Positions 1-12,651 of a stretch of DNA of 64,000 bases are shown here, in pieces. The position numbers and the translations under genes were made by a program. Origin of the DNA: Tubiluchus corallicola (lineage: Eukaryota > Animalia > Priapulida). The stretch spans positions 1 to 64,000 of the forward strand of contig JAQGDQ010000063.1 of the NCBI GenBank assembly GCA_030141605.1, written 5' to 3'. Numbering within the stretch: the first letter of the stretch is position 1; every line of letters begins with the position of its first letter. Under the pieces are notes generated by a model, which was given only the letters and a program-made list of their open reading frames with translations, had not been told where the DNA came from and did no database searches.

Positions 1-3000
1 AATTTTTTGATGCATACAGTTTGAGCCTAAAAGCATAGCTTGACAGGCCAAACTGTATGTGGAAATCTTAAAAAAAGATGGGGGGGGGAGTAGTGAATGA
101 AAGATGAAATGGAGCAAGAAACTAAGAAAAACTGTGATCATGGTTACAAAGTGTTCAGTATCCTGTTAAACATAGTCACGTTATATTAAGATTACTGTAG
201 CAAAAAATGCAGGTTATTACCATTATCAAAGTGTGTTACTCTTCAATACTTTTGAAATATTTCTTTTCTGACGGTTTTTTTAAAAGTTAAAAGGGAGTGA
301 CTACATTTCGAATTGCGGCTTAGTCTGTTCCATAGGACTGGCCCCATATAGCTGATGAAGTGTTTCGCCATATTTGTTCTACAACGTCTTGGTATATATT
401 CATTATGTCTGGTATTGTATTTTTTTACATTTATCTTGACTGGATTTTCAAAAAAAGTTGGAAATAAGTTGTTGTTGGTTCTATACATGTATACATGTAT
501 ATACATCCATTAAAATTAATAACATCATCCAGAAGTAATATTTGACATTGCTTAAAATGTGTAGTAGTAATTGTGCTCCTTTTGTCTAGTTTGAAGATGA
601 CACGTAAAAATTTTCGTTGTAAAACTCTTAAGCATTCTAAATTTGTAGTATAAGTAAAGCCCCATAATGTTGTGCAGTAATTTAAATATGATAATATTAA
701 ACTGTTGTATAATGTTAGAAGATGTTCGGTGTTCAGAAAGTTTTTAATATATGAGATGATACCTATATTTTTTGATATTTTTAATCTGATCATGAATATA
801 TGTGGTCGCCAGTCTAGATGCTCATTCAGTATTAATCCCAGAAATTTCAGTTCTTTTACACGTGTAATTCTTTTATGGTCAATTATTAAATCGTGGTTCG
901 TCTGAATTGGTTTATTTCGGGATCTAAACAGAATGTATTTTGTTTTTGATGAATTTAGTGAAAGTTTGTTTGTTTTGAACCATATAGCTAGATCATGTAG
1001 AACTGTATTTATGTAGTCAATATTGGTTTCTATTTTATGAAAGCTAAAAAAAATGCTTGTATCATCAGCAAACTGAAATAAATTGTGATTTTTAACACAA
1101 AATTTGATGTCATTAATATAAATTAGAAAAAGTAGTGGCCCGAGGACTGAGCCTTGGGGCACGCCACATTTGATTGTTGTTACATCTGAAAAAGCGTTAT
1201 TATATTTTACTGTCTGAGTGCGCCCTGTTAAATAATTCTTTAGCCACATATGAGGCAAACCTCTGATACCGTAATAGTACAACTTATTTAGCAGAATGTC
1301 ATGGTTTACTGTATCAAATGCTTTTGATAGGTCGCAAAATACTCCGTAGGATGTGCCATTTTTTTCAACAGTATTAATGATATTTTCTATAATTTTTGTT
1401 AAGGCCATTTCAGTGGAGCTACTTTTTCTGAAACATAATTGTTTATTACTCAGAATTCTTTTTTTTATTAAATAATGAGACAAATGATTATAAAAAACTT
1501 TTTCTAATATTTTTGATATAAAAGGCAATAAGGACACTGGTCTATAATTGTTCAGAGACATGGGATCATCTGATTTAAACAAAGGAACAATAATTGATTC
1601 TTTCAATTTCGTTGGTATTTCACCTGTAAGAAAAGATAAATTAATTAAATATTGCAAAGGTTTAGAGATGTAGTCAATGGTGTCTATTACGACTTTAGGT
1701 AACATTTTGTCCTTACCAGGACCTTTATTCCGATTAAACGATTTGCAAGTATTTCTTATATCATTTTCTGTTACTGCACTAATAAAAAAGCTTTGTCGGT
1801 AGGTACCTTTAAGATATGTACATGGATTTATGTTTGTGTTTTCAATTTGTTCTGATAATATTGGTCCAATATTGGCAAAGTAATCGTTAAAAGCATTTGC
1901 CACCTCTACATTATTTTCAATTAATTTATTGTTTATGAACAACGTAATGGGTCGATTTTGCCTTTCTTTATGCATAATTTCTTTCATTGTATCCCATGTC
2001 TTTTTTATGTTATCTTTAACTGTCATCAATCTATCCCTATAATACTGACATTTTGATGCTTTTATAACTGTATTAAGTTCATTTCTATATCGTTTGTATT
2101 CTATTTCAGATACGTCATTACTTGCCTTGTTCACCAGAGAACGATACATTTTATTTTTCCGCTTAACACTTACTAAAATTGCTGTAGTGATCCAAGGTTT
2201 TTTGCTGCTTGATGATTGTTATTGCTTTTCTGTAGTTCAATATGTTTGTTATAGATATCAGAAAGCTTAGTATGAAATAAATTGTATGCGTCTTCGGTAT
2301 TAGTTGCAGAATATAAATCTGACCAGTCACATTGATTTAAATCTTGGATAATTTTGTTTTTTATATGAACATTATAAATATGTTTGCGCACGTATTCCTT
2401 ACTGTATGTTTCAATTTTGAGATCAATAATTAAAAAAATTGGGAGGTGATCTGTTATATCTGTTAGAAAAATACCTGATTTATACTTATAATCTAGTGCA
2501 TTAGTAAATATATTATCAATTAGTGTTGCTGAATAAGGCGTAATTCTTGTTGGTCTTGTAACAGTAGGAAACAGATAATTGGTCAGCATTGTGTCTAAAA
2601 AGTGTCCGGTTTCGTTGTGAGAAGCGTGGTTTATTAAATTTATATTATAGTCTCCTAGTAAGAAAATGTTTGTTTTGTCTATTAACAATTGCCATAGTGT
2701 TCTGTATTTTGTCTGTAAAATGGTTAGGATTTTCACCAGGTGGTCTATATATTACTCCCATTATTGTATTTTTATTCTTGCTGCGTAATTCAATGAAAAG
2801 TGATTCTATGTCTGGATCATTGATGTGGCATAGGTCTTTTCTCACTGTATAAGGTATGTCTTTCCTTATAAGCAAGCCGACTCCACTACCAGATTTGTGT
2901 TTACGATTTATACATTCAAATTCATATCCAGGCAGGGAAATGGTTACTCCTGAATAATCTTGGAGCCATGTTTCTGATAAGGCAATAATTGAAAAACTTA

Positions 3001-3508
3001 TAGTTAATGATTCTAAATATACATTTAAATAATCAAAATTAGCTTTTAGGCTACGAATATTAACATGGATCATAGACAGTGGTGTATTGAAATCACTGTT
3101 ACTGTACAAAGATGTGAACTGATCTTCATCATAGTAATTGCTTTTTGGTATTAAGTTTGGTGTATTAAAAAAATTTAAATCAGGATCTGCCATATTCGTG
3201 ATATTATTGCTATCATCTGATTCAGTGCAAAAGAGATTTAAATTATAATCGCACAAGATAGAACCAATATTTGAAAAACGTGCAATATGTTTAAATTCTT
3301 CGTCATCTGGTATATTATTAAATGGGAAAATAGACTGTAGGCAAAGATGGCAAAACCATACATTATCATCTGTAGCCAGGTCATTATAATCGTCAACAGA
3401 TAACGGTGAGCATCTGAGGTGAATCCACCTATAACAGTTGTCACATCCTAGAGCCTTTTGGTTATGTTTAACAGGTTTCTCGCAAGCGGGACATGAGAAT
3501 GTTATCAT
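1..3508 (-). mobile_element. CR1/L2-group non-LTR retrotransposon (PHD finger-AP endonuclease-reverse transcriptase ORF plus 3' UTR); 3' tail runs off the window start
   Basis: PHD finger CPAC..GCDNCYRWIHLRC..WFCHLC; endonuclease motifs NIRSL, IALSETWL, GVIYRPP, GDYNINL, LIDNIF, TDHLPIF; RT motifs NYRPVSLL, DLSKAFDTV, GVPQGSVLGPLLFLIYIND, FADD, KFLGL; C-terminal GPVLWNRL; stem-loop at 13-59. Confidence 0.93.
243..3508 (-). pseudogene. Frameshifted ORF2 (PHD-endonuclease-RT) of the retrotransposon
   Basis: ORF-track pieces 2645-3508, 2173-2736, 431-2149 and 243-506 join into one protein through frameshifts at ~2667, ~2198-2221 (restoring KPWITTAILVSVKRKNKMY) and ~485-500 (8-nt ACATGTAT duplication). 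Confidence 0.85.
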
Positions 3509-5787
3509 ATGAATGATGTAGGTAAAGAAGGTGAGTAATTGTTAAAAAAGAAAAAAAAATGCAAAAAAGACTAAGGTAGTAATTAGGTAGTAATTATTAT
3601 GATGATTACTATATTCGAGATAGTGGTGTTGGCGAAAGGATTGCGAAGAACTGAAAGCTATCATCCTGTACAGAACCATCCATAAAGCAACCATCCTGTA
3701 TAGAACTCATTGCGACTTGTGAGTTAAATGAAGTGAGCCATGAACCTCATATTAATGTTTTTCCGCGGTTCCTTTTTACTTTGCAAAATTTGCATTATTA
3801 TTGTGCATTTTATTAGTCACGATTAGTGCAGTCACCCCTGCATCACTAAGTCGTCCATGGTAACAGTTGCTGAAGGCCTTGGGAATTCAACACACAGGAT
3901 TCACCGAATCACCAGTCAATTCAATTCAATTTTAATTTTTTTAATAGTCAAACACGAACTGGCAAATAAAGTCTTTAAATTCTTTATAACAAAAATGATA
4001 TCCGTTTAATAAACAACCAGCATATTGAATTTTATAGTGAAATACTGAAATTTTCTATTGGAAATGCTGCATTTTTTTCTAATAAAAAATAGTGTGTTTA
4101 CCAAACGACTAGCAGATTTCCCATATTGTAAACGGTACCAAGATCAGATGTCAGAAAGTGTATGATTTTCACTGATTTAAGTTTGTACATTTATGGTATT
4201 ACTTTATCTTTAGCCTGGACTTTGGTAAGCATAATACGCTTAACCGAGAAAATGTATGAAAATTGTTCGTGAATGTGTTCGCGTTGCGTTCTTGATATTT
4301 TTTTAGGCGAAACAAGCGTGGGCTTTTTCAAAGTATTTTACTTTTTTTACAGCGGTGACACTATGCGGAACGTTCGCGCTTGCTGGACATTCCCATATAT
4401 TAACTGCAGCGTCCCAAACTGCCTTGGTGCCACTGTGCACCTTGAATACCGTCACCATGTGCCACATTGTCACTAGAGTGTGGCATGGCACTCGGCGTGG
4501 CGAGGCATACACAGAGCTTCAGTACATGGGGTGTTGAGCAAGTGCAAACGTCCACGAAGTGTTGCAATAAACATAATAACAGCCCAAAACCTTAATAACA
4601 TGAGCTTTAGGCTTTATACTGGCTTTAAATTTTGAGGGTTTTTCAATGATTTCTGATTGACCAGTAAAGCTCCTACACAGCCATGCAGTTCCTAATTATT
4701 AATGTCAAAGACTGAAAACTCAATTATTATTTGCAGCCATTCATATAAGCAATGTTTTAAGTGAAAAACAACTAATTACTGCAGACACTGAAATAGGTGT
4801 GCGTCAACTATAAATGATTCTTTTGCCTCCTTTAACTCTCTTAATATCCTACTGTCTGTTCCTTTCACCGTTTGGAATGCTGATAGTTTCAATAATATTG
4901 CATTCTCAGCATGTCATGTGTACTTCAAATTTTGATGTGCCTTAAATCAAAGTGACAGAGTTTGATAATATCTTTGGTTTCATCTTGAAATCTTGTGCGT
5001 TGCAGTTAGCTTTTACCGCTATTTTTATTGTATTGTGAGTTATCGGATTCCTCGTTCGTGCCTTAAAGTTGGACAGATTTTAGTGTCACTCTTATCCCTT
5101 CAGTCTTCTGCCTGCCTCACCTGAGACCCATATCTCTAATGTCAGTCGTCCCCAATTGCATGGAGGCCATTATCTGGAATGAGGTATTATGGTTTCTGAG
5201 TAGGACAAATCAAATATGCAAGAACCCGTTCTCATTGCTTTTGACTGAAATGCAAAGGTCTGCGGTTTCATGGCCAGGCAAAGCTTGATTGGTTTTTATC
5301 TGCTTTGATCAAGAACTTATAAAGAACATAATTGTTTAGGCAGATGAAATGCTGGTAAAAATGCAGGTGCAAATTAGTGAAACGCCGTAAAGAAGAAATT
5401 GAAAACTATTTATGGTTATGATTTCACCATTAAATATTTAATAGATAAATGGTAAAGTGGAAATTAGATAGGCAAAGGTGTGCGAATAACACATGTTAGC
5501 CATGTTTGCAAAGTTTTGTTTCAATGTGTAATACCTTGTTTTGTTTTTACTACTAAGCTCAAGGCTCAATATCAATTTGGTGTACTGGGAATAAAAGCCT
5601 TGTTACATTTCTAATTGTACAAAGTGAAAGTTTACCAAATCTAGTGTACACTTTTGGCTTTAGCACATAGGAATTGTTCTAAGAAATACAGAAATACATT
5701 GTTTTCAAAAAAGGATGATGATGGTTCTGTAATTGCAGACTGGCTGAACTTGTAAACTGAGCCTTGCATCAAGAACAAGAAGTGTTG

Positions 5788-5858
5788 ATGATGGCAGCTG
5801 TCATAGGAAGAACTGTTTGTACTGCTACTTCATTGCTTTTGCGAAACTTTCCTTACAC
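5788..5858 (+). CDS. MRPL40: MRPL40 coding exon 1 (mitochondrial presequence-like MMAAVIGRTVCTATSLLLRNFPY)
   Basis: ATG at 5788; phase-2 donor AC|GTATGG fits the acceptor at 6471; peptide has Arg/Ser/Thr and no acidic residues. Confidence 0.7.
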
Positions 5859-8800
5859 GTATGGACTTTCTATTGACGTAGTTTTAAAGAATTGCATTTG
5901 CTTACCTCATTATGTGAATGAGTAGACAATATCATAAATGCATTAGCGAGCACACACAAACAATAATATTGCACAATAGTATTAACGGTTATATTGTGCA
6001 ATATTATCATTTCGTGCACATGGTGCCACACGAATGAAATATTACAAAATATGATAAGTGTTGTGCAAATCTCCTACAGACACACAATATTCAGCAGTGC
6101 AGAATATAATTGAAGATTCAAAGGTTGAAACTTGGAAGTGGTGCTCACAAACCATTGGCATAGCAGTGGCTAGTTTTTTGTTGAATTAACTGAGCTGTGT
6201 TTACCTGCCTTGTGGAAGATTTTTTTCTGGATTGTCTCCCCAATGTCTATAGGCATAATGGGCTTTCAGTGAAAAAAATTGACAATAATATTTTACGTGT
6301 GTATGCCCTCTTAAGCTGTTAAGCTTCATTAACAAATGTAATTTACTAAAACTTGTACATTCATATACAATTTTAAAATTTGAACTTATTACTTACAAAC
6401 AGAAAGCAGCCAAGTATCTGTATTTTAAAGATGTTTTAAAATTAACTTTAAAAATTGATTTTCATTTTTAGGTGTTTCCCAGCAAGGTGTGTCTCGATTA
6501 CTCCTGTCACAAGTTTTTATTTGACTAACATAATGAGGTTAGTATATTATAAAACCCAATTTTTTGAAAAATGTAATTTATCTAGTGTAGTTTCAAGGTC
6601 TTGATTACAATTTGCACCTAAAAGGCACACGGGTTTGCTAATCTTTTTTTGTGATTAAAGTATCATTTCTTGCCAGACTACCTGTTGCGCAAACATCACA
6701 ATGAATAATTTTGCAGAAACTTAATATAGCGAAGAAATAAAATATATTGGTTTTGTGGGGCAGTATCTTTTATTTTAAATGTTAAGTTTGAAATCATAAG
6801 TTTTACATTTAGAATAATTTTTATACTGTCTGCCTATAAAAAAATTTGCAGTTTTCTACAAACATTTAAAAATGATGTTGTTTAGTGCTGAACCTCTGAA
6901 GAAAAAGAGGAAGGTGGATCCGGCTATAGTGAAGATGCGAGAAGACAGGAAGAAGAGAAAAATTGAAAAGGCAATCCGTAGACTGCAGAAATTAGCATTG
7001 CAGTTGAAGCCAGTTGATGAATTAATGCCTAACAAAAAGCTCTTACAAGAGAAACAGTAAGCTCTTTTCATGATAACCATTCTAAATAAGAATGTAACTA
7101 ATTTACTGGTCTGTGAGTGATAGAATGTATCTGTTGATGTTGTTCTCTTGAATTGATTGATTACCGTATATACTCGCATATAAGCGTACATCGCATATAA
7201 GCCGACCCTCTAAAACTGCTTTAAAATGGCCAGTTTTTGCAAAAACCCGTATATAAGCCGACCATCAACTTGTCTAATTTTACTCCATACCCAATCAACA
7301 AAATTGATCCCTTTTTGTCACATTTTGTTAATTGGGTATTTTTGGTTCATAGAAATTTTTTACTATAAAGACGTCGGCTTCACCACTAGCTGTAGCTTGG
7401 TTACGGCTCGCAACTGGTGACACACAGTGGTGTATTGCTAAAAAAAAGTGGGTGGACGGCGATCCCCCTCCAATACACCACTGGTGACACACAACCAAAT
7501 AAAGAGTCAGATAGCGTTGAAAATGTGTGGCTGGAAAATTGGCATTAGTGTCTGTCCTTGTGTTCATTTTGTTTCATGCGCATATAAGCCGACCCCCTGA
7601 TTTCAGTATTGTATTTTATAGTTCTAAATTCGGCTTATATGCGAGTATATACGGTAGTTGTACTTATCAGGGAAACAGTTTTCTGATAGAGAATTCGGGG
7701 GAAACTGGACTTGTGAGCAGCTAAGACTGGCCAGGGTAAGCCTATGAAAAGCAGCAGTACTACAAACAATTTGTTAGCATTTAGAAACAAGTGAGGAGCA
7801 TTCCCTAGAGCATCTATCATAGAAGTAGCCACAAAGATGCTTAATGTAACAACTGTGAGTTGATGAGTAAAGGTTTATCTTATTTTATTGTAGCCAGAAA
7901 TTAGCTTGTTATCCAGTTTTGGCATTTTCTGATAGCGATATGAATGATATTCACTTACGTTCTTTCGAATTGAGCCGGACGTATGATCAAGTCTCCTGGC
8001 TGCTGTGTTTTATATAAGTATGTTTAGTGAAGTGTTTTTGTTTAACATGATTTTTTGTGTGAGCTTTCTGAAAGAGATTTAATTTAAGTAGTGCTGGCAA
8101 GCAAACATCTTTTGACATGTTTCCTAATTTGTTGAAGAAAATAAAGGAACTAGTTGTTGATTGATCATTCTAGAAAACTGATCCAACAGCAAAATACATT
8201 CATAGTTTCTAGACAACGTTTAGGTGGCAGCATCTGTCGTAGACATTTTAAAATATGATCACCATATCACAATTATAAAATGATAAAAAATTTTCTAGGC
8301 AACGAACCCGACAACTTCCAGAATTGTCATTTGAAGAAAGTGAACGAAGAGCATTGCTGCAAAAAGAATGGGCACGGTACAAGTACACTGAAGTGAAAAA
8401 TGAACTACAAGCCATTGATTATTTGGTTGCATCTCAACAAAAAGCTTTAGATGAATTACGACTTGAATCGGAAGAGCTTTATCAGCAAGCAATAATGGTA
8501 CCCAGTTACTTTGCAAATTACAGATGTAATTAGTAAGTTTAGTTGTGGGTGGTTATGGGTGTTTTTAAAAGTTTGTAATTTGATTATGATCTTGTTCTTC
8601 TAATTTGATATCTCGATTAATCTTTTATGACAATTTTTTAGTGTTTTAGCGATATTTTTCAAACATTGCAGCACTGAAATATAACCTACAAGCTTCTTCA
8701 TGGCTTTGTTCCCTGTACTCACAAACCGTTTTTATAGACATGTACATTTTTTAAGTCTCTACACAATTCACGTGGAAATGAATTTGAAGTCCACAGTTTG

Positions 8801-10076
8801 CAATACTGTGTGCAATAGTTTGTAATTGTGCGCATTGCACTAGGTAAGAAATATGAAAAAAATGCAAGGATTCTGTTTATTTGTGCTAAAACACTGCCTT
8901 TTAATCAGTGTGTAACATGTGTAACGCATGTGTTTTGCTCTCGATCAATTGCAATTATGTCAATTTACACGTTGTTGTAATCTCGATTAATTCGTTAATC
9001 TTTTAATCACCCATGACTAGTTGTGGGTAATGTGAACCTAAGTTAATTTCTTATGAATTGCCAGAGTTGATTATAAGTTCCATTGATAGACCTGGTGTAA
9101 CCTATAGAGTGAATTTCTCAGTCTGAAAAGTCAGAGCACTTTGTGGTGTAGTGGTTAGGATAGCTGCCCGGGGAGTCCCGCTAGTGGTGCAAAATTTTTT
9201 CACTCTTTCCAAATTAGTATTGCTTTCGTGCATTTATGATTGATTTATTTATAATAAACTGCTTTACCCATCTGAGGCACCTTAGTACGATGATTCTCCT
9301 CCCTCCCCAGGAGCAAAAATGAGAGAGCAAAATTTCTAAAACTGATCCAGTCAAGTTCTCTCCCAGAAAGGCACTTAAATCAGCCTAATTCTTACATATA
9401 TAGTACATATAAACTTATCATATCATTGTTTAATACAAATGACTTCATCGTATAGCTGTATAAAAGCTATACATTTCATATTATTTATGTTATTTGTTTG
9501 TAAAAAATGTCATGCTTCAGATTTACATTTTACATTGCTATGAAACTTACTATCTTGGCAGCAACTAGAGTATTAAATTCAACATTGGCAGTGATTTTTT
9601 CACAAAAAATAATAAATAATGATAATAATAATAATAATAAATAAAAAACTGAAATTCGTTTTTCAGGTTTTGTGTTTAATATATAAAATTAACTTGTTAA
9701 CTGCCAAGTATAAAATATAAATTAAAATTACTGTTACTGGTATAAGCAAACTGTTTGTGAGATTATTGCAAAAAATAAAACAGGTATTGAATGAATGTTT
9801 TATTATACGAAAAATGGGGGAGGAAGTGAATATTGTTCAAGACTTCTATATCGCCTGTCACACATTATTATTTAAACTTTAAATTGTTTGAAATTTTGTC
9901 TCTTAAATGTTCAATGAATGATTATATGAAATGTTATAATCTGGCACGTATTGTTTTCACAGCTTGATGATTCACTACTACACTTTGAGAAAGACGGGCC
10001 AGTTAAAACTCCACCTATGCCTGGTTATGACTCCCCTGATGGTGATTATATCGATCAGACGAAGTCATGGGATTAA
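5788..10076 (+). CDS. MRPL40: Mitochondrial ribosomal protein L40 (mL40); coding exons 5788-5858, 6472-6537, 6886-7056, 8299-8497, 9963-10076; 206 aa
   Basis: The spliced product contains MSAEPLKKKRKVDP..., LSFEESERRALLQKEW..., QQKALDELRLESEELYQQA..., FEKDGPVKTPPMPGYDSPDGDYID, matching recalled MRPL40 motifs. All introns are GT-AG with compatible phases (2,2,2,0); total 621 nt. Confidence 0.92.
6472..6537 (+). CDS. MRPL40: MRPL40 coding exon 2
   Basis: ttttag acceptor, open frame CFPARCVSITPVTSFYLTNIM, donor AG|GTTAGT; joins the next exon as MSAEPLK. Confidence 0.8.
6886..7056 (+). CDS. MRPL40: MRPL40 coding exon 3
   Basis: tttag acceptor, AEPLKKKRKVDPAIVKMREDRKKRKIEKAIRRL, donor CA|GTAAGC. 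Confidence 0.92.
7164..7654. mobile_element. Tc1/mariner-superfamily (Tc2/pogo-like) MITE in MRPL40 intron 3
   Basis: Perfect TIRs CCGTATATACTCGCATATAAGC / GCTTATATGCGAGTATATACGG with TA on both sides; internal repeats of CATATAAGCCGACC. Confidence 0.85.
8299..8497 (+). CDS. MRPL40: MRPL40 coding exon 4
   Basis: ttttctag acceptor, QRTRQLPELSFEESERRALLQKEWARYK...AIM, donor ATG|GTACCC. Confidence 0.92.
9135..9395 (+). mobile_element. Degenerate tRNA-derived SINE-like sequence
   Basis: A-box-like GTGGTGTAGTGGTTAG at ~9143 without an intact cloverleaf or B box; 3' boundary approximate. Confidence 0.35.
9963..10076 (+). CDS. MRPL40: MRPL40 terminal coding exon
   Basis: ttttcacag acceptor, LDDSLLHFEKDGPVKTPPMPGYDSPDGDYIDQTKSWD*; this is a different frame from the listed 9964..10152 ORF. 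Confidence 0.9.
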   Translation, partial: LDDSLLHFEKDGPVKTPPMPGYDSPDGDYIDQTKSWD

Positions 10077-10162
10077 ATGTCAAGCAATCAGACATGTTGT
10101 TTTTATATTTGTGGTAATTCTGATTCAATTTCAATTCAGAACAAAATTTTGATTTATATGTA

Positions 10163-10350
10163 TGTGAGAACAGCAACATTTGTAAATTCATTTAAATCAA
10201 AATTAGATAGACACTATAAACATCATCCATTGAAATTTAATCATCGTGCTAATTGGAACATGCCTGTAACAAGGATGCTGGATTACATATTATAATGAGA
10301 AAACCTGCCAATGGAGCCACCTAGGTGTTGATGACAATCTAATGTATGTG
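10163..10350 (+). mobile_element. 5'-truncated CR1-type LINE 3' fragment just downstream of the MRPL40 stop
   Basis: Translates VRTATFVNSFKSKLDRHYKHHPLKFNHRA, like the CR1 ORF2 C-terminal 'VxAxSVNSFKxRLDxHW' motif; ends in a CTAATGTATGT-like tail. Confidence 0.6.
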
Positions 10351-10585
10351 CAATTACAGTGGAACAACTATTTGTCTCAAAAGTTATATTTATAACTACT
10401 GGAGATTTATTACTAAATGATACTTATAATACTAAATGATAAGTAACTGTTGTTGATGGGAAAAATTGTTCATTATTTTACGGAATAAGAAAGAGTACTT
10501 TCTATCTGTTGAAGTAACTGAAAATTTTGAAATGCGAATGGTGATATATGGTGCTACTGTGGTACTTCTCTTAAAGCTCCTTTAA

Positions 10586-11066
10586 AGAAAAGAACAAGTC
10601 ACTTAGTGTACTGGGCTTATATTACAGTTATCGCTTAAATTTAGAAAAATGTAACAAAGAAATTTGCAAAAAAATTGTTTATAAACCATAAAGTTTATTT
10701 ATACTACCCCTGTACAGAAGTTTTAAGGTGCGGTAGTTGCTGCCTTTCACTTGACAATTATGACGCAACTGGTAGACTTCTTGACTTTTCGTAAGTACAT
10801 TGCGGCTTTCCGTAGAAGCATGCTGCTTAAACTAATGCAAACTTCTGCAGCTTACCTAATGTTCATACAAAAAAAATCATGAAACTTGCTGGCTAATTTT
10901 TTGTAAAAACTTATTACACTTTTTACGGAAACTGACAATATGCTGCCTTTCTTAAACCGATGAACGAAGTCATTAGTGGAAGAATGGACGTTGATTCTTT
11001 TATTAGAAAATCCTTTTAACATTTTTCGCAAAAATTTCACAACTTCCCAGAAGGCTGGCCTTTCCT
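10586..11066. mobile_element. Possible Kolobok-like non-autonomous DNA element
   Basis: TTAA flanks (10582-10585 and 11067-11070) with imperfect inverted ends AGAAAAGAACAAG / GCTGGCCTTTCCT. Confidence 0.35.
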
Positions 11067-12651
11067 TTAAGTCAAATAGCGTGTTTTTGTTCTGAAATTC
11101 TGAGATAATTGTGAAGATGATTTCTTATTACGATGTTTGTAAATATGTGTAGTTATTTTTATACATTGTATAGTATACAGATTCTGATAATTTCTTATAG
11201 TGTCTGCATAACAGCGGGAGCCTCAAAAATATGAAGCCAGAGACAGAGCAATTTTGTATGGGTTACAAAAGTTTACTTCAATCTTGTTGATGTCATATGA
11301 CTTTGAGTTTGTTCTAACTTGCGAAATTTGTATTTGTATGATTGACCTGCTTTTGCTATGTCTGTCCCTGTGCAGTGTTGGTATTTGTATTCCTTATTTT
11401 TTTGTAAAATGTAAAAACGATGTAATCTATTATTTATGTAAATAAGTTGTGTAGTGCAAGTCAAAAGTGCAGTAAAACAGTGTGAGGAAATTTTCCATTG
11501 TGATAAACTTTTCCTTTTGTGTTGATTAATTGAGGCATCTACATGAACATTTTGTCAATAGACTTTGATGCGGAGATAAAAGCTTCTTATTTTACGTAAT
11601 AAAGAACGAAACATTTACTCATGTAAATGCTTACTTGTTTATCTGAGTTTTTTTATTGGAAATCATTTAAACTGCTTTTAGGATTGTTACGGCTTAATAA
11701 ATTTATCATCACTAACAATCACGTCACAGAAGTTTTGCTGATGACTATCATTTATTCATGCAAGGTGGTAGCATTTGTCAAGAATGAAACCTCGTTTATT
11801 TTATTTTCTTGCTATCTGTTCATCAACTATGTTATTTTTGATCTTAAATTCACTGACATCGTTGGACAAAATTATGTTCACGTCTTCAGACCCTAAGGTA
11901 ATTCACCATCTAACTGAACGGGCGCATTTAGTCTATAATGGGAGAAAATAGCTGTTTCACTTTGGCTTGAGCTGTGCGTCTTTCTACTTCCTAGTGACCA
12001 GTCGTGTGGCGTCATCTGCTTGTCGTTTTGTTCACTACAGCTAGCAGTAGGCTGCAACACTTTCTGCATTGGGCCTATTTACTGGAAGATTAGCTGAAGA
12101 AACCAATTTACACGAAGCTTATAATGTAAGTTCATCCCTCGCCTTGACAGCATAACTTATCCGATTGACTAACTGATTTTTCATAAAGTTGCTAATTTTT
12201 AAGGTTTCTCTGCAAGTGTTTGCCGTTCTAGTTAGGTGTTATAGATTTCAAAATAGTTTCCTGTAACCACGCTTTACAGGTGAGAAAGCAAGGTAGACTA
12301 GATTCAGGTAGCTACAGGTTGAGCATCGTTAAACATTCTCAATTTAACAATATTTAACTGAAAAAACACGGAATTTTATTTTCAAACAACGAAGCTAAGC
12401 TTAATTCTACTTGACAAGCAGTTTAATACGATTTTTGTAGTGAAACAGTAAATTCATTGCGTATACTTGTTGAACTTGTTTCCGCCATTCCGATTTGTTC
12501 TACTGAAAACCAACTGAAGCGTATAAGGTGAGACTTTTGTGTAGGTCAGAGACCTGGCGAGACATGACAATAACGTTTAACTTCCTTAACTAAAGGTACA
12601 GTGTTGAAAGTTTAGTTAACTTAACATTTGCCTCAGGCTGGAGTAGTCAAA

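Noticed and set aside
3852-3866. RFX X-box-like GTCCATGGTAAC
   Set aside because: A single imperfect motif with no mapped start site; similar words occur elsewhere in the window.
4273-4537. Three overlapping short ORFs in a GC-richer patch with TGCCAC/GTGGCA palindromes
   Set aside because: No recognisable protein or splice support; probably a repeat remnant or promoter-proximal sequence.
9135-9210. tRNA gene
   Set aside because: Only an A-box-like stretch; no T-arm/B box or acceptor stem.
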